DNA of 64,000 bases from Histomonas meleagridis 2922-C6/04-290x (Eukaryota > Protista > Parabasalia). Below, piece by piece: positions 22,860-34,527 of this stretch; position 1 is the first letter of the stretch, and the number at the start of each line of letters is the position of its first letter. A model generated the notes under the pieces. That model saw only the letters and a list, made by a program, of their open reading frames with translations. It searched no databases and was not told the origin of the DNA. Location: contig JAANOX010000099.1 of NCBI GenBank assembly GCA_020184695.1, positions 248,001 through 312,000 of the forward strand, written 5' to 3'. The position numbers were made by a program, and so were the translations under genes.

Positions 22860-23150
22860 AATACACTTTATATATTCCAAATTATTAAAACATATTATAA
22901 ATTATTAAAATGAATATATGTTGCATTAATATCAATACCTTTTTGTTCTAAAATATGTTTCACACGTTCGACATTATCTGATTCTGAAGTAATGGCATAA
23001 TATTTTTTTGGAATTTGATTTTTTTGAAGGAAATTTATAACAAATTATAATTTCCATTTCTTGCTGATTAGCTTATATTATCAGCATTAATATTAATTTT
23101 TTTTCTTTCAAAAACGCTGAAATTTCATCACTATTAATCTCATATATTAA
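22860..23150 (-). pseudogene. Degraded ankyrin-family remnant
   Basis: Minus strand reads SDNVERVKHILEQKGIDINATYI, followed by an internally duplicated AT-rich spacer. Confidence 0.55.
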
Positions 23151-23592
23151 ACTCGACTTGCAATTTCCACCCATCGTATATAGCGATCATCCTACGATCT
23201 TGATATTATGAATATATAATATATATACATAATTACAAATTTGATTAATATAAATCTGAAAATAATATCATAATTAGCACGAGATAAATTTATTCTCATT
23301 TTAAAAAGTGACAATAATCGACTTTTGCATGGTTAATATCAAACGATAGCAACAACGATAAGAGACGATAGGAGCAAATTTGAATGATGGTAAATATTAT
23401 CAAAATTTTACCCTTACCTCGAGAAGATACGTTATTAATTTACATCATTGTAATTTGTCAACAGCCAAATTAAATAATTCTTGTGTTGTTAAGAAACAAA
23501 AATATTATATTTTTTTCATTAAATCGTTATTTGTAATTGCGCTCACAATTTTCAATATTGTTTTTAAGTTTTTTTTATGAATCATATTTAAA

Positions 23593-23846
23593 ATGTCATT
23601 GATGGAGCAATTACTTGCTGAAGCTGATACAATATCAGCCGCAAATGTTTCAGCAGGAACGAAAAGTACATATGATAGGCTGATTCATGCTTATGCCAAA
23701 GTGATGAGAAATCTAATACACGAAGAACCATTTCCTATTACTCATGACAAATTGGTTGCATTCATTTATATTTAAAAAGAATCAGAATATGAAATGTTGT
23801 ACGTTACTAGCTTACATTAATAGTTTTGCACATTATTTTCAGTAGA
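23593..23846 (+). pseudogene. N-terminal (SAM-like) fragment of a tyrosine recombinase (Crypton/DIRS-like)
   Basis: VSAGTKSTY...PFPITHDKLVAFI and, after a frameshift, CTLLAYINSFAHYF resemble the YR core-binding domain. No catalytic domain is present. Confidence 0.4.
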
Positions 23847-23989
23847 CATGAGCAGAGCTGGTATGGAAATTTCAGATACACTTTCTATATAAACAATAAA
23901 ATTTTTGCAATTTTAAATTGAATTGAAAATTGTGAACGAAATTATTTTTTTTAATTTTTTCATTTCAAAAAGTGGCTCGATGAGAATTT

Positions 23990-24590
23990 AATATAATATT
24001 TGGAAATTATTTATATTATTTCAAACAGCACTTATGTTTGCATCTTTAAATGGTCATACAGAAATAGTTAAATTGCTTCTTGAACAAGAGAATATTGATA
24101 TTGATGCTAAAAATATTTTTTTGTTTTATTTAAAATATTTTATAAAAATATGAAATTTCATATGAAACATTTGGAATTACTTATAAACATATAAAACAGC
24201 GCTTATGATATCATCAGAAGAGAAAAATGCAGAAATTATTCGATTATTTGCAGACAAAATTCAACATCATAAATGTGACGGCATAATAAAATTAAAAGAT
24301 TCACAAGGATAAAAGAGGAAATATTTAAATATTGAAATAAACATATCCTAAATTCATTTTGTTTTCATATATTATTATTAACGCATTAAATTTGTTGATT
24401 AGAATATTTTATATCATATTTCATTGTATGATTTTCATATAATTTGATGATAATTTTTGTGAAAAAAATGATGTAAAATTCATAACAACAAAAAATTTAT
24501 TATTATTCATAGTATTATTTACTCTTAAAGTTTAATGGAAGTCTATTGAGTACACCTTATTATTTTTAATTCCATAATACAAAATATTTG
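23990..24590 (+). repeat. Segmental duplicate of about 58590-59175 (ankyrin 3' end + intergenic + BEACH 3' end)
   Basis: Long near-identical stretch, e.g. gacaaaattcaacatcataaatgtgac...aaagtttaatggaagtctattgagtacacc in both copies. Confidence 0.9.
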
Positions 24591-24962
24591 TATGGAATCG
24601 TACCAGCTACCCTTTTAATCATTGATTTTTTTTTTCTTCTTTCCGATCAGAGATTTTGAGTAAAATTTTATCGGAAACCACCTAAAAAGTGACATTTTTA
24701 ACGTGCTTATGATCATTGATAGTCCATTTTTTTTCACTCGACTTTTTGTAAATTTTACATAACGATAGAAACGATATTGTATAGTTTATGCTTCAAATTT
24801 TTTTTCGATAAGTGATACTTGTCACAAATCAAATCTGATTTTTTGCATTTTAGAAATATTTTTTGTAAATTCGAGAACGTTAATTTCACTCAAAAAGTTT
24901 TATCATTCAAAGAAAAAAAAACGAGTTGAAAAAGGTATATTTTTCTTTAATTAAATTTCGCC

Positions 24963-26186
24963 TCAACTGGACGTATCAGTTTCATATGTATAGCTATATT
25001 CATAAGTTTCATAAGTGTAAGATGTATCGAAATCCAAATCAAATGATTCGCTTGCATCTTCTTCACCTGATCCTAAGCAAGTTTCGAACTTGGAAGACAT
25101 TGCATTCACATGCACTGAGTCCAATTGTCCACTTCTGCTTAAGTTTGTTCCACTATTTGATCGTATCAATCTCAGGTGATTAATTGCTTCATTCTTCTGT
25201 TGTAATGCTAATGGCATTTGCTTAGGCGATGGCAGTCTTGGCATTGATAGTTTCCTTGTTCTCTTCTGTGGTGTTGTCCATTCATATTTGTAATCATATG
25301 TAAACCCATATCTCTCAAAACATTGCCTGAAAAGCCTCCGGTACTGTTTGTAGTTGGGCTTCTGGCTGAAAGAAAGGTTTTTGACGAGGCGGAAATACTC
25401 CAAAAACTCATCTGGAAGTCCATCGCAAAGACTTTCGGCAGATGTGGCTTCCTTAACACGGAGAATTGGCGCGTATTTGGGATGAGAATTACCAAGAGGA
25501 AGTCCCATCCAGGGTAAGCGGTCTTTCAGAAGATATACTAATACATATCCTAATGATTCAAGATCGTCTCGACGCGATTGCTCAACTCCACGAAGGGCAT
25601 TGACAGAAGCATAACGAGCTGTGCCAGTGAGCGATTTACCGCTTGTAAAAGGAATATGTGTATGTGTATTGGGATTACAATATTGTTTGGCAAGTCCAAA
25701 GTCAATGATGTAAACAAGGTTGGCATTGTTATCAAGCCCCATGACAAAATTATCTGGCTTTATGTCACGATGAATAAAACATTTTCGATGAAAATATTCA
25801 ATACAGGTAAGCATCTGGTCTGCAAGCATAAGAACTGTTTTAAGGCTAAGGCGCTGGTAAATTTTCTTATAATATTCGAGAGATTTTCCTAGATAATCAA
25901 AAACTAATGCATGGTGTTTGTTGAAACGACCATACCAGTGTAATTGACCAATACTTGAAAATCCAAGGAATAGCTTGTATAGCTTTGCTTCGAATTTTAG
26001 TTGGGGTACTTTTGTATTAACACTTTCAAGTTTAACAGCATATCTTTGGTGATCTTCAAGATCCTCGCAAATGTATATCTCCCCGAAACTTCCCGCGCCT
26101 ATTCTATCGCAAAGCTTGAAGCGTTCCGCCATTACTTGTCCGCGAAGGTCCATATTTGCTGTCTTGAAATTGTGAGGTCCTGACAC
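24963..26186 (-). CDS. CK1: Casein kinase I family Ser/Thr kinase
   Basis: IGAGSFG, HRDIKPDNF, IIDFGLAK, LTGTARYAS, EQSRRDDLESLGY and LPWMG motifs. Confidence 0.97.
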   Translation of the reverse strand: MSGPHNFKTANMDLRGQVMAERFKLCDRIGAGSFGEIYICEDLEDHQRYAVKLESVNTKVPQLKFEAKLYKLFLGFSSIGQLHWYGRFNKHHALVFDYLGKSLEYYKKIYQRLSLKTVLMLADQMLTCIEYFHRKCFIHRDIKPDNFVMGLDNNANLVYIIDFGLAKQYCNPNTHTHIPFTSGKSLTGTARYASVNALRGVEQSRRDDLESLGYVLVYLLKDRLPWMGLPLGNSHPKYAPILRVKEATSAESLCDGLPDEFLEYFRLVKNLSFSQKPNYKQYRRLFRQCFERYGFTYDYKYEWTTPQKRTRKLSMPRLPSPKQMPLALQQKNEAINHLRLIRSNSGTNLSRSGQLDSVHVNAMSSKFETCLGSGEEDASESFDLDFDTSYTYETYEYSYTYETDTSS

Positions 26187-26636
26187 CCATTGAAAATGAT
26201 TTTTAATTATTCAAATTTAAAAATATTTTTGTGCGAAATCAACATTCAATTTGGCCGTTACACAAAAGTCGTTCTTTATCGGCGTACTTAATTACCATTG
26301 CAATTGCAATCAAAGAAGATCTTTTTTCCTGACATGGCTATATATGAAAACAGATGAAGGCTATGTAATTGTTATCATAATAGTTACTATTATGTCAATT
26401 ATAGTGTCAAAATATTTCATATTTAAAATAATTTTTCTAAATCCAAAATGGTGTATGATATATAGTAAACACACTGGTTTTTACAAATGATTTTAGAAGC
26501 ATAAATCGTTAATTAACATAGAAAGCACAAAGGCAAAAATAATAAAGTCTACGATTAAATTAAATTCAATTTTTGCGTTTTTATCAAAAAATGGGAGTTG
26601 CAATTTAAATATCTTTTCCAAAAGGATTCATTTTCC

Positions 26637-27092
26637 ATGGATCATATCCCAAATTATAACTTTTCTCAAGAACAAATCAATGGCTTAATGGCGTCTTTTA
26701 ATGCAATTGACGCAGACAAAAACGGATTCCTTTCTAAACAAGAATTTTCCCAATTTATGCAAGCTAACCAACTTGACCCATATTTTGTGGAAGCCATTTT
26801 TAGAATTTTCGACAAAAATAATGATGGATTACTTAGCTTCGATGAATTTCTTGAATACATTGATGCTTGTAACAAGTCTGCTGCTGATGCTACGTACCTC
26901 TTTAAATTGATTTTTGATTGTATTGATGTTGATCATGATGGATTACTTGACGTTTACGAAATGATTGAGTTTGGAACATTAATTGGTATCCCAATTACGT
27001 TGCAACAAGCTCAACAAGATATAATGGTTCTTGATACCGATATGAATGGAAAACTTGACTTCCACGAACTTCTCAAGGCATTTGGAATTTAA
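26637..27092 (+). CDS. Calmodulin-like four-EF-hand protein
   Basis: Loops DADKNGFLSKQE, DKNNDGLLSFDE, DVDHDGLLDVYE and DTDMNGKLDFHE. TCATT Inr just before the ATG at 26637. Confidence 0.9.
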   Translation: MDHIPNYNFSQEQINGLMASFNAIDADKNGFLSKQEFSQFMQANQLDPYFVEAIFRIFDKNNDGLLSFDEFLEYIDACNKSAADATYLFKLIFDCIDVDHDGLLDVYEMIEFGTLIGIPITLQQAQQDIMVLDTDMNGKLDFHELLKAFGI

Positions 27093-27262
27093 ACTCTTTG
27101 GCCCATTTACTTTTTTTTTTGTTTTTTGAAAGAGTGTAAAGATTTAAAGCGCAAAGCCATACCAATAATCGTCTTATGTACTTAGATGTGACAATATTTT
27201 ACCTAATATAAGAAACATTCTTCCGCAAACTTAAGCAACCGTTATTCTATGAGATCTTACAA

Positions 27263-29883
27263 CAGAGTGGTTCCGACTAATTATTCTCACAAAAATGGGA
27301 AGTAAAGTTAAGAATTTTACTTAACGTTCATTCTTGTTATTTTCTTTTTTATTGACTCTGGAGAGCGATCAGGAAAATATTCAATTAATTTATTGATATC
27401 ACCACCAAAGTTGCTGTTTAAATCTTTGAGTTTTTTTTCTTCTTTTTTTGTCCAAGCACAATATTTTCTTCCAGATTGATCCATTTCTTGTCTTCCTTGT
27501 ATATTAGATTGAGAAGAAAATATTGGATTCAAAAAGTGGATCCTTCACATTGAAATATATAAACCTTACAATTGAATTTGATAAATTATTTAAATTTTCA
27601 TCATTAAAACTGCCATCAAGTTCGATAATTTTTCCGAATTCATTAATTCTGTGTCTAGTCACTGTTTTAATGTACATTCTTTTGTGTAACCTGATGAAGT
27701 TAACCCTTTTAATGTCATTAATAAATTTACATATAGAATCATGGTTTCGAGCTTTCATTCTTAAAACATTAAAAGAATGTTTCAAAAAATTTGAGCTAAG
27801 TCTATTTAAAGTAATGTTTCCTTGTTCAGATTTTAAAAATTTCAATAAGCTGATTATAGTGCCTTTTGTATCAATCATTAAATTATAATCATAAATATAA
27901 TAAAATTGTTTAAAATACATCAATGCAAGTTTCAGATATTTACATCTACTTTTGACAGAAATGTGATCGTTATTGATTGAAATAATAAAAAGTGACCATG
28001 GGAGAAAATATTAAAAAATTTGATCGTTGTGAGATTTGTCGAAAGATTTTATTAATGTATTTCTGCCAAATAGTTTAATTGGTAAAGAATCATGCATTTT
28101 CGTGATTTTTTCGTCTGACATAATAATTGATTGTAAATTGTATTCATTGCAAAAATCATTTTTGAATTGATTGATATCTGGTGTATATTGATTTAAATTT
28201 TTTAAAAACCAATATCTACCTTATTTTAATAAGTGTAAATAATATCAATGATTTATTTTTTTCATTCAAAACTTGTTCTCTTGAAAAGTTCCGATAGAAA
28301 TTATCACCATCAGCAGGATATTCAATTATACTGAAATTAGTATGATTTTCAATAAAAATTTTTAATTCATCTAATTTTTTGGTAATATCTGTATTGGCTT
28401 TACTACAATTTGAAGGAATTACATGAATTAAAATACAAGGATTCGAATGGTTGATTGGCTGAGGTTGGAAAACAAATGCAGAATTCATAGAATTTTTGGA
28501 GTTATTTATAATAAATTGTTCAAATTTTTGATAAGAGTTTCGAATTGTATTAAGTTCCTCTTGGGTAACATTAAAAATTTTTAACATACCTGAAACTGTC
28601 CCATTTTTGAAAATTTTTTAAAATTTTGTTACACTAACAGCATCAACAGCAATAATGGCCTTTTCTTTTGGCATAGAATTATTATATCTAAATTTCTCTT
28701 CATAAATTTTCAATAGATCAGGTAATTTAGATTCATTTAACAAAAGTTCATTATTCAAAATTTCAGAACTAAGTATTTTATAAAGTGTTGAAATTGCAGA
28801 AAGGGGCATTTGCTCTTTGAAAATTGAATAGGACGATGGAGAATAAAAATGAACCATTGAACATAAAATTAGTGAACCTACAGTCCACCTTCTCCCTTTT
28901 GGACTACTATATACATTTTCAACAATTTCATTAAAATATGGTAATATCTTTGGTATGTTTTTTACATGAGTTTGCTTTATTGGACTTGTTCCAATATTTG
29001 ATCTTGTTCGAATATTTTGATTAACTTATATATTTCGTATAATATTAACATTATTATTGACTGATAAACTTGTTGAATGTATTTTTGCGATGTGGATTCT
29101 TTTGATCTGTTTTGTTTTTTAGCTTCTCTTTGTTTTTCCATTTATAAAAAGTGACAATATATTTATTTTTCAACAAAAAACACATTATTTAAATTATAAA
29201 TAAAATAAAATTGACCCTTTTTTCCCCTTCATTTTCAAATATGATTATAATTATGATTTGATTGAAATCATATCAAAGTTTTATTAGAATTCTTCTGCTG
29301 AGTTTTGAGAAATAGTTGTTAGAAAATGCATATAAAACATGTTTTCTTTTATCAACGATTATTTTCCATACAAAAAGTTTATAACCATAAAATATTTGAA
29401 TGATAAATTACGGTTTTTAAACCGTCGTGCAAAATACTACTTTTTCTCGAAATTCAGGAGGAGAAATCCATAAATATTTCAAACTAATAAAATATAGTTA
29501 ATGTAAATTCTTATATAGAATTTTTAACAGAATAAAAACAGTGAGTTTTTAGAGTCTTGATGATCTTTCGTCATGTAAATTTATATAATAAATGTACTTT
29601 TTCTCAAAATCAATAATATTTATTTTAGAAAAAACCTAATAGCATACTTAGCAATATTATTGTGCATATTAATATGTATGAATCATCAAAAAATTATAAA
29701 ATAATTTTTCGATCAAATTTCGAAATATTTAATTTATATAAATATAAGTAATATACTCGAATAATCCGAATCTAGACGAATAATTTTTACTATAAAAATT
29801 TTTTAATATTTTAAGTGTATATACTTGAAAAAGTAATTACAAATTTTCTGAAGGTACATCTCCTAGGAGTCGGAACCACTCTG
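27263..29883 (-). mobile_element. Degenerate P-superfamily DNA transposon, 2.6 kb
   Basis: Perfect 16-bp TIR CAGAGTGGTTCCGACT (27263-27278 / 29868-29883; CANRG-type end). Broken transposase with PKGRRW..SPSSYSIFKEQMPLSAISTL, IIAVDA, AFVFQ, ADGDN and NRLSSNFL(K)HSFNVLR. No TSD recognised. Confidence 0.75.
27317..27532 (-). pseudogene. Myb/SANT-like domain inside the P-like element, overlapping the transposase 3' end
   Basis: WTKKEEKKLKDLNSNFGGDINKLIEYFPDRSPESIKKK matches one Myb repeat. Confidence 0.65.
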
Positions 29884-30229
29884 TAATAACTATCGAAAGT
29901 TGTTTAAAGTGTATTCACTTGCAAAAAAGATATTTATTATTGTTAAGCTTAACGATTTTTAATGTTATAAATCACAAAATTACTTTAACTTTACTGATAA
30001 AGTGGTTGCAGAAAGGTTTCCCAAACACTTCAGTTTTTGAATATAAATCCGATGATTTTTCATTCATTCCATTCTATCGTTGGGAACATTATTTTCAAAA
30101 TTCAAAGCAGTACTGCTTGATATTGTTCTGAAAATCAATTATCGTCAATATAATTTTCTATCGGCCGTCCACGGATTTTTGAAAATATCAGTATAAACAA
30201 ATTGATTTATATAAATATTTACATAATAC

Positions 30230-31564
30230 CTATGGCCTAAACTTATAAATTGTGTCTAAAAACAAATGCGCTTTGTCATATGACAAATTTTCCAAGATTT
30301 CAACACCACCGCTGCTTTCGAACTGACACCAAAAGATATCTCTTGGGTCATATTCGATTGTTCTTCTTAAAAGTTTTGTTATTACACCGATTGCATGATT
30401 AAAAAGCTTGAAATCATCAAGCTCAAACATTGCAACGAGAGATTCAATAAAATTATAATCAATTGTTCCAATTATTATTTCCATTGAACAATTTCTGATT
30501 ATGTCTGACATTATCTTTACAGCCAAAGATTTGTTTTGAAATGAACCACTTTCACTAATTTCTTTAATTACTCCAAAGAAATTAAATTCTAATAATTCAT
30601 CAATCATTTTATCTTTGATGATATTATCACATGTTTGTAATGCAGTTTGTGATATTTCTTTATCTTCACATAAACATAATGAAACTATAATTCCATAATC
30701 AATTTCAATCCGATGAGAACAAAATTCAAAAAATGAATTAAAACAAGATAATGCATTCCCTACAATTTTCAGATCGGGCCCATGAAGAAGACAATTAAGT
30801 ATTTCTGCAAACTCTTGTGTAATCATAACAAAGTATGAAGTGTTCAAATCACAAATTATGTTGTAAAGAATTTCAATACTATCGGCCCATAGAAAAATCA
30901 GAAGTTTATCGGAAAGTATCTGTCTGGAGTAAATCAAAAGATTTTTTATATCTTCTTCAGTAAGATCTGTTTCAGACAAACTGACCAAAATCTTAGTGGC
31001 TTCAGATCTAATAGAATCTGCATATGTGTCTTCTTGTGTGATTTGAAAGAAGATTTCCATGCAATTTGGTTGAAGTAATTGCCTACATACTTCTTTAGAA
31101 TGGATTGTGAGAAGTATTATTATGCGGAGAGATAAGAAAACTGTTTGTTCATCATCAAAATCTATTGAACCCATTAAAGAGACTAAAAATCCATCTTTTA
31201 ATAAGGGGACTAATAATTGTGGTTTGTGATAACGGAAAACAAAACAAAATAGCTGCAAAAGCTTAACGTGAAGGGTTGTATTTGGAATAGTTAATGATAA
31301 ACATAGTATTTTGGATAAATTGTACTGCATAAATTCTGGAAATATATGAAATGGCTCTCTCTGTGCGAGCTTTCGAAGTGCTGAAACGATTTTTGACATT
31401 GAACATATATCTTTTTGTTGATAAAAATTGAAAAAATTTCTAAAAAGTTCTTGAATATCAAGTGTAGAATTAGGTTGTTCATCACATGAATCATCAGAGT
31501 TTGGCATGCCTGTTTTTAAAAGTCTTTCTTTTCTAAGTTTATTGGGATTGATTCCTGTTCTCAT
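30230..31564 (-). CDS. ARM/HEAT-repeat (importin-alpha-like) helical protein
   Basis: 444-aa Leu/Ile-rich helical ORF with a basic N-terminus and a C-terminal FESSGGVEILENL. Confidence 0.55.
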   Translation of the reverse strand: MRTGINPNKLRKERLLKTGMPNSDDSCDEQPNSTLDIQELFRNFFNFYQQKDICSMSKIVSALRKLAQREPFHIFPEFMQYNLSKILCLSLTIPNTTLHVKLLQLFCFVFRYHKPQLLVPLLKDGFLVSLMGSIDFDDEQTVFLSLRIIILLTIHSKEVCRQLLQPNCMEIFFQITQEDTYADSIRSEATKILVSLSETDLTEEDIKNLLIYSRQILSDKLLIFLWADSIEILYNIICDLNTSYFVMITQEFAEILNCLLHGPDLKIVGNALSCFNSFFEFCSHRIEIDYGIIVSLCLCEDKEISQTALQTCDNIIKDKMIDELLEFNFFGVIKEISESGSFQNKSLAVKIMSDIIRNCSMEIIIGTIDYNFIESLVAMFELDDFKLFNHAIGVITKLLRRTIEYDPRDIFWCQFESSGGVEILENLSYDKAHLFLDTIYKFRP

Positions 31565-32025
31565 TTTAGTAATTTTAAACGTTCATAACAATTTCAACAA
31601 GAAAAATAAAACCGGATTAGAAAAGCATAGCAATCTTAGTACAAATCACGGGATAAAAAGAATGAAGTTCTTATTTCGGTTCGTTTTTCAAGTGAAATGT
31701 TGTTATTAGATAATTAATTACAGAGTAAAATTATACATTATTGTGCAAAAACCAAATAAGTTTTTCATGTACTGTAAAATGTACATATTTATTTTTAAGT
31801 GTCGAATTTTTTTACCAAATTTAATCGAAATCTTTTTTTTCTTGCAAATTCAAATAATTGATATCAATCCTTATTGTTTAGGCACTCATATAATAATGTT
31901 CTTCATTTATATACCTCAATTCTGTTCTCATAAAAGGTAGATACTTCTCAACATAGACAAAAGAGGGTTTTTGCCAACAAGTGTATTCCGTTTGGGGTGC
32001 CCTAAATTTCTAAATCGATTTGGAA

Positions 32026-34527
32026 ATGAATATACGAGGACTTCATAATTTCTTAACGGAGGTAGCTACCAGCACCTCTGAAGCACAAGCACACGACAGA
32101 ATAAATTTAGAATTATTTAAAATCAAGAAGGCATTTATATCACCAAAATTATCTTCGTATGATCGAAAAAAATATATTGCAAAATTATGTTTTATTATTC
32201 TTAATGGCATAGAAGTTAACTTTGGTCTTCAACAAGTCATCGAATTAATTATTTCCAAGAAAACAAGTTTCCAAAGAATTGGATGGATGGCAGCTGCAAT
32301 TTTTTGTGGCTCTAATTCAGAACACTTAAACTCAATAATTCCAGAAATTAAGCGCCAATTAAATAATAAAAAAGATGAGTTTGCAGTATGCTTTACATTA
32401 TCTGCGATATCATCAATAGGCGGTGCTGAACTTGCAGAATCTGTAGGTCCAATTATTGCAGAGATTGCTTTTGATCAAAAATACTCAGAACATGCTCGAA
32501 AAAAAGCATTACTTACATTAACGAATTTATATCAAAGTACAATGCAACTTTCTTCTGTCGATCGTATTTCTGCCAAAATTCCTTCCCTTCTTAAAGACTC
32601 CAATTATGGCATTCGTTTATGTGGTTCTCATTTAATTTATTCCATTTTACAAATTCAACCAAATCTTCTTGAATCCGAAATATTCTCTCTTGCACTTGAA
32701 GTCCTTCAATCTTTTTTTACCAAAAATGATTATTCAGCCGAGTATACTTTTTTTAATCTTCCATTTCCATTATTAGCATCCAAACTTTTTCGAATTTTAT
32801 CTTTCCAAACCGATTGGAATCCAGCTGATTTGATTACGCTTGAAGATATCATCATCAAAATCATCGAGAAGAACTCATCATTTCTTGGAAGCGAGGATTC
32901 ACTCGTCACTTTTTACACAATTTTTTCAGAGGTTGTTGAAATATCGGTTAGTATTGAAATTTCTGATTCAATTACTCAACAAATCATTGAAATTTTATTT
33001 CAAAACATAAACTCCAATTTCCATTTTCTTCAAGTTTATTCTCTTCAAAAGCTCGATTTTTTGATTGAAATTAATCCACATTATTCATGTTTAGTCCAAC
33101 CATATCTTTCAAACTTATATCAAATGATCAAATGTGGTGATCATGAACTTGATATTTTATCCATAAATTTATTATATACATGCGCATTTAAAGAAATTGG
33201 TCTTGATATTGTATCCGAGTTTTTATCATATCTTCCAAATTCGTCAAATTATTTACATGAATCATTATGTATAAAATCATCATATTTAATTTTGTCTTAT
33301 GCATTTGATGAGATTTGGGCCATTGACAAATTAATTTCAATTATTGATTATTGTGAAGAATCATATTTCAACGAAATATTAAAAATTATAAATCAATTTA
33401 TAGCTCAGTGTAAAGTATTGAATTATCTGATATTCAAATTAACGAATTTAATTTTAGAAAGTAATCAAACAAATTTTAATGAATTTTTATTTCGTTTATT
33501 ATCATATTTATATGGAGAATATTGTCATCAGATTAATAATAATGACATTCAAGTCATCACAACAAAAATTAAAGATTCGTTTGACAATTTTTCGGAACAA
33601 TCGAAAGGAATTATTATAACATCTTTGTTTAAAATAGCATTAAATAAGCCCGAATTTCAAGAAGAAACGATTTCGTTTTTTCAACAATATTTAAATTCTG
33701 ATTCATTCGATATCAGTCAACGATGTAAAGAATATTCGATTTTGTTAAAATATCCCGAAACATTCCAAACCAAAATATTAAATTCGTCGAAACTATTAAT
33801 ATCGAATAACTTTGAATTTATTACGCAAAATGAAATTGAAGAAGAAGAAGAAGACGTCGAACGTGATTCTGATATTATATTTTATTCAGAGCAACTAAAG
33901 ATAACTTCAAATGTTATCATTTCGTCACCAAAAGCATTTGTTACATTAAAGTTCGAATCTTTTGATGAGATCGAAATAACAGAAATTAAAATTGATACAA
34001 ATGAAAACCTTAAATATGAAATTGTTGATGTTGAATTACCTATGAAACTTGAAGAAGATTCAACAAAAATTATACAAATCGAATTCATTGCATTAAATGT
34101 TTTTGTTGAATATCCAATTTTACATATCAAATGTGATCAAAATAATATAATTAAAGCAAAAATTCCAATTTCGCTTCTAAAATGGTTTCAAAAAATCGAT
34201 TTTAATAAAAAAGATTTCGGCGAAAAATGGAATAAATTATACGAAGAAGTTGTGGACCATTTGGTTGTTCCTGACGATGAAGTTATACCGGAAATAATTA
34301 GAATTGTCGGAAATCTACTTAATGTGTCGCCTTCGTTGATACTTAAAGAGAAAAACGTTGTGGCGTACGCGTTGAAAGTGGAGTTTTCAAGCGATTTCGA
34401 TGTTTACGTTTTGGCGGTGTTCGAATATATTGAGGAAAATATGGATCTGGTGCTGAAATTAAGGTCAAACTCAAAACTGGAAATAAATGAAATGAAAAAA
34501 TATTTCAAAAAAGCGTTCACAGATTAA
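32026..34527 (+). CDS. Adaptin large subunit, AP-2 alpha-like (divergent)
   Basis: MNIRGLHNFLTEV...RINLELFKIK..F...LSSYDRKKYIAKLCFI matches the alpha-adaptin N-terminus. An appendage follows an acidic hinge. Confidence 0.8.
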   Translation: MNIRGLHNFLTEVATSTSEAQAHDRINLELFKIKKAFISPKLSSYDRKKYIAKLCFIILNGIEVNFGLQQVIELIISKKTSFQRIGWMAAAIFCGSNSEHLNSIIPEIKRQLNNKKDEFAVCFTLSAISSIGGAELAESVGPIIAEIAFDQKYSEHARKKALLTLTNLYQSTMQLSSVDRISAKIPSLLKDSNYGIRLCGSHLIYSILQIQPNLLESEIFSLALEVLQSFFTKNDYSAEYTFFNLPFPLLASKLFRILSFQTDWNPADLITLEDIIIKIIEKNSSFLGSEDSLVTFYTIFSEVVEISVSIEISDSITQQIIEILFQNINSNFHFLQVYSLQKLDFLIEINPHYSCLVQPYLSNLYQMIKCGDHELDILSINLLYTCAFKEIGLDIVSEFLSYLPNSSNYLHESLCIKSSYLILSYAFDEIWAIDKLISIIDYCEESYFNEILKIINQFIAQCKVLNYLIFKLTNLILESNQTNFNEFLFRLLSYLYGEYCHQINNNDIQVITTKIKDSFDNFSEQSKGIIITSLFKIALNKPEFQEETISFFQQYLNSDSFDISQRCKEYSILLKYPETFQTKILNSSKLLISNNFEFITQNEIEEEEEDVERDSDIIFYSEQLKITSNVIISSPKAFVTLKFESFDEIEITEIKIDTNENLKYEIVDVELPMKLEEDSTKIIQIEFIALNVFVEYPILHIKCDQNNIIKAKIPISLLKWFQKIDFNKKDFGEKWNKLYEEVVDHLVVPDDEVIPEIIRIVGNLLNVSPSLILKEKNVVAYALKVEFSSDFDVYVLAVFEYIEENMDLVLKLRSNSKLEINEMKKYFKKAFTD

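Noticed and set aside
27255-29891. Target-site duplications for the P-like and IS481-like elements
   Set aside because: The flanks (tcttacaa vs taataact; cagc vs ggac) do not match, so no TSD is claimed.
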